The translations under genes and the position numbers were made by a program. DNA of 39,663 bases, taken from Trichomonas gallinae (taxonomy: Eukaryota). The stretch lies in assembly GCA_008369845.1 (NCBI GenBank), contig MRSU01006387.1:1-39663 (forward strand), written 5' to 3'. The notes beneath the pieces are model-generated. The model searched no databases. It was not told the origin of the DNA and was given only the letters and a program-made list of their open reading frames with translations. This document shows positions 9,533-19,389 of the stretch, piece after piece; position 1 is the first letter of the stretch, and each line of letters begins with the position of its first letter.

Positions 9533-10819
9533 ATGACTGTGAAGAAAGCTTTAAAGACGCTTGATTACGAAGCTACCTTCGCGGATATATCTGTCTCAGC
9601 GGCAACGAATATCGATATTATGGATGCCATTTTGACTACACTTGAACAATTCAATAAATCATATCAACAACTTCAAATAGATTTAACAAGACAAAGCACA
9701 ACAGCTCCTAAAACGGTAACACGGCCAGTTGCGAAATCTAGAATATTCAAGAAAGCTCGAAACAGTTATATGGATTCTGCTCCAGGAACTAAACTAAACG
9801 AGATTATCATTCAATTATACTCAGCTATAACAGATCCTGCTTACTTATCTATGTTTACGAAAGGAAACCAAGACTTTTTCATATCGAAGATGAATGATAT
9901 TAAAGCGCAATACGAAAAGAACGTCAACCAAATCAAAACCATGTACGGTAAATCACTCGAGGCACTCAAACAACATCAAAAAACATATACAGAAGCACTT
10001 GATTTATTTTACGAAAATTGTCAAAAGCTAGAAGAGGTTTATGACGCGATGAAGAACAATAGAAACGATCTCACGATCGAAACATATGAGAATATGCTTC
10101 AAACTGTCGATAACCTGCACAAAAACCTTGATAACGCACTCGAAGACTATAATTCGGAAAGATGGCAGTTCAACGAAGAAGCTGACACGTCCCTTGTCAT
10201 CTGGGAGGAAGCAGAACTCGCGCGCCATAAAACAGTTACTAATTTAATTGGAGATTTTGCCAGAGTTTTTTTACAGATTTCATGTGAAGCCAGAGAGTTT
10301 AGCGCTTCTTTGAAAGAGATGGTTGGCAAATATGACCATGATATTGATGTTCCTCATTTAGATACAGGATTAGCAGAATCGCTCGATAAAAATATGAAAT
10401 TTGTCGAATACGAGGCACCACCTATCCCAGTTGATATCAGCGAGTTTATACCTACAAGCGAATTCTTCTCAGATGAACTTGGCGCCTATGATGATGTTCT
10501 CGTCAGAGATTATGAAGGCGACATCAACATAAGTGCTGGTGAAGTTGTCACAGTGCATTACAAGGAAAACAAAACGTATATAGTTACTGTTAAAAGAACA
10601 GGCCAATGCACTGAATTACCTTTCGAGTACTTAGCAAATCAGCCAACGAATAGAAGAACGGTCTGGAAAGTCAATAAGAAATGCAAGATTGATGACACCA
10701 AGGTTGAAGAAAACACAGTCGTTGCAGTTTCCGAGATTATTGGAGATAATGCAATTTGCGTCACCATGAATAACAAGAAGCTCGAGATACCTCTTAAATA
10801 TCTCACAAATGTTAAATAA
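9533..10819 (+). CDS. Coiled-coil (F-BAR-like) protein with two degenerate C-terminal SH3-like domains (428 aa)
   Basis: ~270-aa heptad-rich N-terminus ending in WEEAELARHKTV..FARV; then VLVRDYEGDINISAGEVVTV...TGQCTELPFEYL and a second unit ending KLEIPLKYL, matching the SH3 pattern (ALYDY..ELS..GD.I.V...G.FP.NYV). Confidence 0.75.
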   Translation: MTVKKALKTLDYEATFADISVSAATNIDIMDAILTTLEQFNKSYQQLQIDLTRQSTTAPKTVTRPVAKSRIFKKARNSYMDSAPGTKLNEIIIQLYSAITDPAYLSMFTKGNQDFFISKMNDIKAQYEKNVNQIKTMYGKSLEALKQHQKTYTEALDLFYENCQKLEEVYDAMKNNRNDLTIETYENMLQTVDNLHKNLDNALEDYNSERWQFNEEADTSLVIWEEAELARHKTVTNLIGDFARVFLQISCEAREFSASLKEMVGKYDHDIDVPHLDTGLAESLDKNMKFVEYEAPPIPVDISEFIPTSEFFSDELGAYDDVLVRDYEGDINISAGEVVTVHYKENKTYIVTVKRTGQCTELPFEYLANQPTNRRTVWKVNKKCKIDDTKVEENTVVAVSEIIGDNAICVTMNNKKLEIPLKYLTNVK

Positions 10820-11476
10820 TCGCGAATAAATGTTTGTTTTTTATTATAAATATTTTTATTATCGACAATAAACACATCCAATACGTTAAAATGCCATGAA
10901 ATAACTATCTGTGTATTTAAAATTAATTGTTTCGTTATTCAAATCAAATATTTTAAATAAAAATAATAATATTTAAAAAGTTCGATTGCATGTCATAGGA
11001 TTTAATAGTACACAAGAAGTACTTTGTAAATTCAGTAGATTTTAGTTAAATGAAATAATAATTTTCACTTTTTTATATTTTTCGAAAAAATCTGTGCAAA
11101 CTCAACAGGATTCACTGTGATATACGCGCAGCATTCATGCATATAAACCTATTTAGTTCTATTCTATCCCTTTACAGAGAAATTCATGGTTGATATAATC
11201 TGTTGGCATTTTTTTATAATTTATGTTGGCATTTTTATGCTGCCTTTTGAAATATCGGACTGCATAGAATATGAATAGCTCGATTGTTTCATTATTTAAT
11301 TAATTTTTTTTAATGAAAAATAAAATCTCATTATTTTACCAATGTTATATTGCAAAAAGTGAAATACATTTAAAGAAGATGCTATATATAGAAAATATAA
11401 AAATAAAATATAACCTTGTCCTAACTATTTGCCAACGAATTCCAAAACAGAGCAGCACCAAGAATTTCACACACAA

Positions 11477-11935
11477 ATGAAACTCATCAAGATGTACATC
11501 AACAGCAATGAGACTCCGCCGAAGAAGAAGGGTAAAGTTACGGCTAGAATTCTTACTCTTTATTGTGATGTTTTTCATATCGAGCCGGTTAAAGACATAA
11601 AGCACATCCTAGCTCAATATAGGGTTAGACAAACTAGAAAAGGAGAGATAAAGCGTAAAAACGACTATATTGCAGATTTTGATTACAAATCTTCCTCCGG
11701 TTACAAGTTAATAGAATCAATGATAGTTAGTAGCAAAGAAAACAAGTCCCCAAATGCCAACATCGTTAAATCTTTAATTCAAGTCATCATAGCTGAGGAA
11801 AAAAAGAATGGAAGAGAGCTGAAGATTAACAGAGAAGCTCTACGATCTAAGGCTGGCCTGTACAAATTTATTACTGAGAATTACGAAATTATCGAAAAAT
11901 ATAAGGAAAAAGGCACAAAGATCTGCATCGACTGA
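11477..11935 (+). CDS. Small basic hypothetical protein (152 aa), possibly nuclear/DNA-binding
   Basis: ATG at 11477 preceded by Inr TCACA (11467-11471); PPKKKGK NLS-like motif; C-terminal INREALRSKAGLYKFITENY. Confidence 0.75.
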   Translation: MKLIKMYINSNETPPKKKGKVTARILTLYCDVFHIEPVKDIKHILAQYRVRQTRKGEIKRKNDYIADFDYKSSSGYKLIESMIVSSKENKSPNANIVKSLIQVIIAEEKKNGRELKINREALRSKAGLYKFITENYEIIEKYKEKGTKICID

Positions 11936-12352
11936 TTCCATATTCGGCATCATTACTATTAATTTGTTGTTTAAAATTTTAAAATATTTACCCCGATACC
12001 ATATATTTGTTAACCAAATATTATTGCTATTTATATAAAGAATTTTACTTTTCCCAGTATAATAAGGATTGAACTCATTTTTTTATTTTTGATTTTAATT
12101 GAATTTCTATTTTCATCTATTTCAATCACATCACTGTGTTGGAGACAACTTAGTTATATGTATTCAACCAAAATGGACAAATGTGTACTAATGAATTAAA
12201 TTTTAAAATAAAAAAGGAGTTGTTAAGGAATTCAACAATGAATATAAATAATGTTGAATTTACAAACATGAAATTCAATAATGATCTAATAAAAATTATT
12301 ATATTTCGCTCAAAAGAGAATTAAATCTGAAAATTTAAGGGAATATAAACAT

Positions 12353-14869
12353 TTATTTAAGTACATTAACAAGATCCATATTAATGCGTGCCAGCTGCAA
12401 ATCGTATGGCGTGTGCCCATCACAATCTGTTATATTCTTTTTCGCACCTCTTTGTATCAGAAGATTTGCGATTTCAAAGCTGCTACTTAATACAGCATAG
12501 TGGAGTGGTGTTTTCCCATCATTATCAGTGATGTTAGGATCAGCCCCATGATCAAGGAGGCTTTGTACGCCGAGAAAATGTGCATCTCTCGCGGCAATAT
12601 GTAGTAAAGTCAAGCCTTTGTTGTTCTGAGCATCTATGGATGTTCTATTGTTTGCTGGTAGTGGTTCTATTTTTCGGACAGGTTTTATATCTGTTACATC
12701 GACTTTTTGGATCTTGAGTTGTTTTTCATTTATAGGTTGCTCGAAAACAACTGTTTTGCATGTCCAGACTCTAGGTATGTCACGTGGTGGAATATCAGTA
12801 TAATCAACTTTAACTTTTTCCAGTTTTATTTCGTGGCTAGCTTGTCTTGATATTCTAGACTTGGGCATATTTTGGCTGTCAACTCTATTAATAGGAGTTC
12901 TTATCGCAAATTGTTTAGGTGACTCTCCGGAGTCTTTAACCGCATTCTCGTATATCGAGTAATACTTCTTGAAATCACTATCATTGAAATATTTCTTCAT
13001 GTATGCTTGGTCCGTTATCCCTTCTTCATTTATGTGCAGCATGTTCGGTTTTTGTTTCATTAAAACTCTGAGTGACCTGTGTAATTTATTTTTAACTAAA
13101 TAGCACAAAATAGAATGCTTGTCGTTATCTTCGTTGTTGATTATTAATCCGTGGGTAATTAAAAATTTCATGGCATTGGTGTTTGACTTTTTCAGCTCGA
13201 AGGCAGCTGTTCTTCCTTTTGAATCTCTAATGTTGACATCTGCACCACTCTGGACCAAAAACTCCATGATCTTAGTATCATCTAAAGGAATGGCATCGAA
13301 TAATGGAGTTCGGCCATTGTTATCTTGAGCATTTATATCAATTTTTTGGGCAATGATTTTGATAAGATCCAAGTTTCCGGATTTCACTGCCAAATGCAGC
13401 AATGTTTTTCCGTCGTCAGTTTTGCGGGTTATGTTAACTTTCCTATTCATGAGTTGTTCAGTGAATTCAACATTTCCGTTTAAAACCGCATTCATGACAG
13501 GTGTAATTCCATTTTTGTCAGGCTCGTCGAACTCTTGGTAACCGTCAAGCAAATCGATAATACTACAGTTTCCACTTTTAGCAACGAAGTGCCATGCATT
13601 CTCCATGTCATCGTCCTTTGCTTTGTAGTTTGCATTCAATGTCAGGAGATAAATGACTGTTTCACGGTTGCCGGATTCCAACGCAGTCATTAATGGAGTA
13701 ATGCCTGATTTTCCTTTTGCTTCAATATCAGCTTTGTTGTCGACTAAAAATGTAACAATATTCGTGGCATTGCTTATACATGCTTTATGCAACGCAGTGA
13801 ATGATTTTGAGTCTTTTTGGTTGATGTCGAAATGTTTGAAATTTATAAGTAATTCGACGATTGACAGCATTTTTCTTTCTGCAGCTAAATGAAGCAGGAA
13901 CTCTTTCTTCTCATCATGCTGATGCACGTTGTCAATTATTTTCTTGAACATGATGTAGTTGCTCTTTTTGACGCATTTATATGGAGATATCAGATTATTA
14001 TCAATAGTGGTCATAACATTTGTCAAAATTTCGACGCAGTCGTATTTAACAGCCAATTTGATTATGCTTTCTAGGTTGTCTTTCGCGAACATCAGTGGCC
14101 ATTTTTCGTAAGCAATTGAAAGAATGAAGGAATTTCGACTTGCGATTAAATCTCGAATTTCTGGTTGACCTGCTTCTGGATTTTCTGATAAGTGTCTGAA
14201 TATGTTTAATGCTCCATAGTGCGCTGCTAAGGATATTGGCTTCTTTTCTTTATCTCTATGTTTTGTTGGAATATTAAATAATTCTAAAGGTGAAATCTCA
14301 TAATTAGCTTTTAGATCAATTTTATTTTCATGTTCTAATTTAATAAAACTATCTATAAAGTCGTTCTTGATAATATGCTGAACTGAATTTAATTCATAAC
14401 CGTTTTCTAGCTTTTCTTTGTATGTACTCCAATCATTTTGCTTAAGTTCGTCAATTTTCGAAATAAAATTCTTTAAAATCGTTGAAATTTTAGGAGTATT
14501 TTGTGGAAGCTCGAAAATATCGAGAAAGAATGCATAAAGACGGAAATCTTTATCACATCGTGACTTAACAAACTCTTTTGATATATTGCCGTAAGAAAAG
14601 AGATATCTTAGTATGATTCCTGATTGAATATAATTAGGAATTGCTTTATCGACATCATTCTGTTTGATTTGGATGAAATAGTGTATATATTGACAGTATG
14701 TCTTAATATAGCGCGGATTTATTAAAGTTGCATGATCGAATAATTTGCAAAACTCTTCTGCATATTTTGGGAAGAACAAATTTACAACAGATTTCGTGAT
14801 TTTCTCAGGGGAGTTCTGAAATACAGGATCACGAATCCTTGCCTGTAAAAATCGAAAATTTTCATCCAT
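12353..14869 (-). CDS. Ankyrin repeat protein (838 aa)
   Basis: Many canonical repeats (GITPLMTA, GKTLLHLAV, GRTPLFDA, GLTLLHIAA, GKTPLHYAV) in two blocks separated by a ~110-aa linker. Confidence 0.96.
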   Translation of the reverse strand: MDENFRFLQARIRDPVFQNSPEKITKSVVNLFFPKYAEEFCKLFDHATLINPRYIKTYCQYIHYFIQIKQNDVDKAIPNYIQSGIILRYLFSYGNISKEFVKSRCDKDFRLYAFFLDIFELPQNTPKISTILKNFISKIDELKQNDWSTYKEKLENGYELNSVQHIIKNDFIDSFIKLEHENKIDLKANYEISPLELFNIPTKHRDKEKKPISLAAHYGALNIFRHLSENPEAGQPEIRDLIASRNSFILSIAYEKWPLMFAKDNLESIIKLAVKYDCVEILTNVMTTIDNNLISPYKCVKKSNYIMFKKIIDNVHQHDEKKEFLLHLAAERKMLSIVELLINFKHFDINQKDSKSFTALHKACISNATNIVTFLVDNKADIEAKGKSGITPLMTALESGNRETVIYLLTLNANYKAKDDDMENAWHFVAKSGNCSIIDLLDGYQEFDEPDKNGITPVMNAVLNGNVEFTEQLMNRKVNITRKTDDGKTLLHLAVKSGNLDLIKIIAQKIDINAQDNNGRTPLFDAIPLDDTKIMEFLVQSGADVNIRDSKGRTAAFELKKSNTNAMKFLITHGLIINNEDNDKHSILCYLVKNKLHRSLRVLMKQKPNMLHINEEGITDQAYMKKYFNDSDFKKYYSIYENAVKDSGESPKQFAIRTPINRVDSQNMPKSRISRQASHEIKLEKVKVDYTDIPPRDIPRVWTCKTVVFEQPINEKQLKIQKVDVTDIKPVRKIEPLPANNRTSIDAQNNKGLTLLHIAARDAHFLGVQSLLDHGADPNITDNDGKTPLHYAVLSSSFEIANLLIQRGAKKNITDCDGHTPYDLQLARINMDLVNVLK

Positions 14870-14913
14870 TAATATATTACAAATACAATGAATTTTGAAT
14901 TTTGTTTGCCAAA

Positions 14914-15006
14914 TTTACATGGCAATTTTTTTGAATATTCTACGTGGCAAAAAATTTTGTAAAAATTTACATGTCAAAAATTATTGGCATAATTTACATG
15001 TCAAAA
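14914..15006. promoter_or_regulatory. Cluster of four TTTACATG(T/G)CAAAA-type motifs in the 203-bp ankyrin/archease divergent region
   Basis: TTTACATGGCAA 14914, CTACGTGGCAAAA 14940, TTTACATGTCAAAA 14966 and 14993. Confidence 0.6.
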
Positions 15007-15072
15007 AAATTGATGAAAAATTCTGCCTGTGGCACTTTTATTTTCAAAAATTTTGATAATTTATTATTTTTA

Positions 15073-15510
15073 ATGTTTACAGAAGCTAAGTGGGAGTTCA
15101 TTGATCATCCTGCTGATATTCAGCTCCATGCATGGGGGCCTCAACCTGATGTCACTTTAGAGCAACTTGCTAAGGCTTTATACGAAGTTATGTTCGAAAC
15201 AGAGAATTTTAAGGAAGAAAAGACATTTGATATCAATGTTAAGGGAAAGGATGCTCAAAATCTTCTATACAACTTCTTAGATGAGTGGCTTTACGCTTTT
15301 GATGCTGAAGATTTCGTTGCTACTCGTGTTCACGTCACAAAATGCGACTTTGAGAACCTTGAAATCTCAGCAACAGGATATGGTGAGTATTTTAGCATGG
15401 AAAAGCACAACGATTTCCGTCGTACTGAAGTTAAGGCAATCACATATGCTTCGATGAAAGTTGATACAACACCAGGTGCATGTGATTTCTATGTTATTGT
15501 TGACTTGTAA
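15073..15510 (+). CDS. Archease (RtcB tRNA ligase cofactor, ZBTB8OS-like), 145 aa
   Basis: WEFIDHPADIQLHAWG, LLYNFLDEWLY, TEVKAITYASM, VIVDL; true ATG at 15073 (the upstream in-frame extension is promoter sequence). Confidence 0.95.
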   Translation: MFTEAKWEFIDHPADIQLHAWGPQPDVTLEQLAKALYEVMFETENFKEEKTFDINVKGKDAQNLLYNFLDEWLYAFDAEDFVATRVHVTKCDFENLEISATGYGEYFSMEKHNDFRRTEVKAITYASMKVDTTPGACDFYVIVDL

Positions 15511-15696
15511 ATATAATAAAACATTATAGAAAACAATTTCGAATTTCAACAATGTAAGGAACATAAAACGATGTGAATATGTGTGTTATATTAGAATATA
15601 TTGTGATAGATGTCAAATATAAACATTTTTATTCTATATAAAACAAATTAAAAAAATCAAAATTATCTCAAGCTTAAGAGTGCACCCTTAAATGCA

Positions 15697-17526
15697 TTAG
15701 TGTACAAAATGAAAATCTCTGCCAATATTTTCTAATAAGAAAAACTTTTCATGATTTGAGCTGCAGTAAATTATTCCTTCTGAATAATCCACATCACAAA
15801 TAACTAGTTCTTGTCCCATACTCGTTTGTATTGTTCTTCCGACGAGTGTTGGCTGTCTATCTGGCTGACTCTTTGGACTGTCGTAGACAACATCCGCGCT
15901 GTTCACCCATGAAACTGTTTCATCTGTTGAATGGAGCTTTTGAATTAATAATTTTCCTTCATAAACATTCAAAACTTTATATATTTCTTCCTTATAGAAA
16001 ACCACGTCGTATTTCGCTAGGGGGAACTTGTTTGAGTCGTATGCATCATTTGTTGCACAAGCAATTACTGGTGTTTTATCAGGCCAGCAAACAAACTTCG
16101 AAATATCGACATTATTAATTATCGTATTATCAAGTAATATTGCATCATAATGCAAATCTCCCAGCTGCTTATATATGGCGCAGCATTTTTCATTTTCTGA
16201 TAGTTTGACCATATCTCCAACCAATAACTGATTAATATAGATTGGCTCTGTTTTAATGATCGATAGATCGTTAAGTGGATATTTCGTGTTAAATCCTTTA
16301 TCAATAGGCGCGCAAAATTGGTCTGTCATGCATTGCGTTCCTATTTCTATCTTCTGTGGTTCGTCTAGGAACTGCATTTTATTCCTTTCTTCTATAAATG
16401 GTTTTATTTGCTCTTTCGTGTAATTTACTTTTCGAATTTGATTTGGTGGATAGAATTCTGAGCGTTCTAATGGCAGAATATATGGCGTTTTTGGGTGATC
16501 TTTTGCATATCCTTGAAAAATAGCAACTTCGCTTGTGCTTCTGAGGAAAACATAATCTCCGCGTTTAGGAGTTAATGTTTGCAGTTCTTCGAACTTAAAA
16601 TTCGATAGATCTACATCAATAGAAGTTTGTTTTACTGTCTGTCTAACTCTACTTGGATTCTGGCGATTCATAACATTGACGAAATTTGGAATTCCGTCGC
16701 TTTCTGATTTTGATACATTTTCCTTGAACTGCTTAAACTTGGTAATCGAAATCTCTGGATATATTTCGATATTACGTATTTCTTTTTTGGTTATTTCGAA
16801 AATTCCTGAAAAAATCTTATCATCCCATAAAACTACATCTATATTCTTATTATGATATCGTTTTTGTGTTTTCTTGTACATTCCAACTGGAAATACATCT
16901 GTTCTGAAAAAATTAATCGGTGGAAAATAGTTTGGATTCTTTGCACGTCTCGCTTTAGTGACTGCACTTTGTAATTTGACAGTTGAATTGTTTAGCTCGC
17001 GATAATCGATGTGTGGTAAAATTTTAACTGTAACTTTCTGTAGATCGCGGTAATCTGTTTCGAAAATCTGCGCAAGCTGACCATCATCGATATTATCGTG
17101 TATTTTGACTATTGTTCCCGGTTGTAATTGAGATATTGTGATTCGATTTAGAAAAACATTTGCAAAACCGCTCTTTTTGATTGGATCATTCTGTAGAATA
17201 ATAGATCTGTTGATTTCTGATTCGTCAAATAGACTTTTAATATCTGTTATCTGTGAATTTGTCTCGATTACGATAAAATTATCTGATTCCCAAAAGAAAA
17301 TCGATCTAACTTCTTCGTTATCACGTAACAAATCCCATATTTGTACCAATATATCCATAATTTCCTGCGCATTCTCTTCCTTTTCCTCGGAATATCTTAA
17401 TTTCAGCGGAACTAACCAATATTTTTCGCTATTTCCGAGCATATTAAGTATCGTTATCTGATCATTCGATAAATTGCACTGTCCATATAATTGTATTAAG
17501 TTTAATTTATCGAGATTATCATCCAT
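15697..17526 (-). CDS. Divergent Spt5-like transcription elongation factor (NGN + KOW domains), 609 aa
   Basis: Collinear matches to Spt5: LQPGTIVKI..DGQLAQI..VTVKILPHIDY (cf. LKPKSWVRL..DDIAQV..ISLKMIPRIDY), PPINFF (PPQRLF), VGDMVKL (WGELVQL), AYDSNKFPLAKYDVV (ALDSEQNNIHVKDIV), LVGRTIQ (LIGQTVR). Confidence 0.75.
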   Translation of the reverse strand: MDDNLDKLNLIQLYGQCNLSNDQITILNMLGNSEKYWLVPLKLRYSEEKEENAQEIMDILVQIWDLLRDNEEVRSIFFWESDNFIVIETNSQITDIKSLFDESEINRSIILQNDPIKKSGFANVFLNRITISQLQPGTIVKIHDNIDDGQLAQIFETDYRDLQKVTVKILPHIDYRELNNSTVKLQSAVTKARRAKNPNYFPPINFFRTDVFPVGMYKKTQKRYHNKNIDVVLWDDKIFSGIFEITKKEIRNIEIYPEISITKFKQFKENVSKSESDGIPNFVNVMNRQNPSRVRQTVKQTSIDVDLSNFKFEELQTLTPKRGDYVFLRSTSEVAIFQGYAKDHPKTPYILPLERSEFYPPNQIRKVNYTKEQIKPFIEERNKMQFLDEPQKIEIGTQCMTDQFCAPIDKGFNTKYPLNDLSIIKTEPIYINQLLVGDMVKLSENEKCCAIYKQLGDLHYDAILLDNTIINNVDISKFVCWPDKTPVIACATNDAYDSNKFPLAKYDVVFYKEEIYKVLNVYEGKLLIQKLHSTDETVSWVNSADVVYDSPKSQPDRQPTLVGRTIQTSMGQELVICDVDYSEGIIYCSSNHEKFFLLENIGRDFHFVH

Positions 17527-17549
17527 ACAAATAATATTTTGACTTTAAT

Positions 17550-17888
17550 TGCCATGTAAATTATTTTTGTTATGTAAACTGGTAGAAATCTAGAAATGTC
17601 GTGTAAATATAATTTTGTCGTGTAACGTATTCAAAAAAAAAGAATGCTATGTAAATCATATATTTTGTCAAGTAAATTTAAATCTAAAATTCGAGGAAAT
17701 GAGCAGTTATATATTCATTATGTTAAACTCCTTGAGTATTCTTTCTCATTCCTAATCTTGATTTCCTTAAAGATAAGCTTGATATGTATATTGATATTTT
17801 TGTCATGTAAAGGAATCAAAAATTGAAAAATGTTATGTAAATTTTTTTTGTCGCGTAATGCATTCAAAAAGATAAAATGCCATGTAAA
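17550..17888 (+). repeat. Array of ten same-orientation TGHYRHGTAA(A) motifs, including a degenerate ~70-bp direct duplication
   Basis: Copies start at 17550, 17568, 17597, 17616, 17645, 17666, 17801, 17831, 17849, 17878; segment 17594-17660 is repeated at about 17828-17890. Confidence 0.85.
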
Positions 17889-18019
17889 ATACAAATAAAG
17901 TGTGTTTTGTCAAAACATGATCACAAAAGAAATGTTGCAATTTTGCATGAAAATGATAAGTCTGATTCGAGATGTCATCAATCGTCGTGTTATCGATTTT
18001 GTCATTATTTTGAAAAAAG

Positions 18020-19225
18020 ATGGGAGAAAACATCGAGTGTGTTTTTCTCCCCGTTGACTTCAAAATTAGCGACATCATTGCAGTCTCGATGCTCGTTGAA
18101 GAACAACTTGAAACAATTCCAACATTAACACTTGTTATCGATGGAAATGAAATGTATTTGAATAACGGAGTCCAAATTGATAACAAACTCACTTGGACAA
18201 CAGAGTCTCTGGAAAAGTTCAAAGAAACGCATACTGAAAGCAAGTCATTCAAGATTCATTTTTTCGATAAAGAGCAAAATTGCGATTTATCGAAACTAGT
18301 CTTCCTTGGTCCAATTAAAACAGCTAAGCTACCACCAAATGTGTTTGTTTTAGAGTTCAATTCTGGATTTTTCATCGATTCACAATTTGTTACTGATGAA
18401 GTAATTAAATTCAACGTTGATTTCATTCTCACTTTAGATTATCGCAATGTCTCTTCCATCAAAACGCAATTAGATGAGCTCGATAATGCACAACAAACAT
18501 TCGAAGAAACAAAGAACAGATTAATTGAGTCAGGATTGGATCTCAATGAACTTTCCCAGCTAAAACTACAATATGAACAAAGCATGAGAGAAAAAAGAAG
18601 AGTTCAACATGATTTTATAGATCAAAATCAGAAAATGCAAGCGGCAACGATTATTACGCAAAATGAACAAGACAGAATTGTCGCTATTGATGCATTGAAA
18701 GCCCATATACAAGTGAATAAAGATAAAAGAAAGTTTGATGAACCTGACAAAGAATATTATCAGAAAATGAAACAATATAGAACACTCGCATTGAATGAAC
18801 TGAGCATTATATTCCCATTTACTGATACAAAGAACTTCTGCACGGTGAATTATTATGCAGCTCCATCAAATGCTGCTCAATTCAATGAAATGAGATCATA
18901 TCTAGGCTTTGCAACACATTATATTAGAGAAATATCAAGAATTTTAGGAATTCCACTTCCTTTTGTCTTATTTCCACAAGCGTTGTCTTCAAGAATCACT
19001 TCTAGGCTTAGTGATAAATCTGTTTTGATACCAACTGACTTCAATGCAGTCAATGTGAAGAATATGCAATCATACGAGCAAACACTAATTGATTGCGCGA
19101 AACATATAATAAAATCATTAGTAGAAGACACCAACTGTGGCCAAACTCTTCCGGATTATATCGCTAAGCTTAGATCTATCGATGATACAATGCTTACCAC
19201 TTTAATTCCTACACCTTACCAATAA
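18020..19225 (+). CDS. UVRAG/Vps38/Atg14-family subunit of class III PI3K complex (401 aa)
   Basis: Central coiled coil, then LNELSIIFPF and SYLGFATHYIREISRILGIPLPFVLFPQALSSRI (cf. UVRAG [38 protein letters not shown]). Confidence 0.78.
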   Translation: MGENIECVFLPVDFKISDIIAVSMLVEEQLETIPTLTLVIDGNEMYLNNGVQIDNKLTWTTESLEKFKETHTESKSFKIHFFDKEQNCDLSKLVFLGPIKTAKLPPNVFVLEFNSGFFIDSQFVTDEVIKFNVDFILTLDYRNVSSIKTQLDELDNAQQTFEETKNRLIESGLDLNELSQLKLQYEQSMREKRRVQHDFIDQNQKMQAATIITQNEQDRIVAIDALKAHIQVNKDKRKFDEPDKEYYQKMKQYRTLALNELSIIFPFTDTKNFCTVNYYAAPSNAAQFNEMRSYLGFATHYIREISRILGIPLPFVLFPQALSSRITSRLSDKSVLIPTDFNAVNVKNMQSYEQTLIDCAKHIIKSLVEDTNCGQTLPDYIAKLRSIDDTMLTTLIPTPYQ

Positions 19226-19389
19226 TATTTAATATTTATTTGTGTATTTTTATTGTTATGTTCTGAATTATAATATTAACTTGATACAACTCCTATTTAT
19301 AAATCTATTAAGTATATTTGACTTGTTTTTTTCAATAAATAAAAAAATAAAACAATTTATAAGAGATTTTTAAGTCCTAACAAATAAAA

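Noticed and set aside
14944..15072. N-terminal extension of the archease ORF (also those of Rab, the hydrolase and the LtaS-like ORF)
   Set aside because: They run through promoter motifs or A-tracts, some from non-ATG starts; homology and Inr position favour downstream ATGs
17550..17888. Motif array as a CRISPR-like repeat/spacer array
   Set aside because: Repeats are 11 bp and degenerate, with short, irregular, partly duplicated spacers
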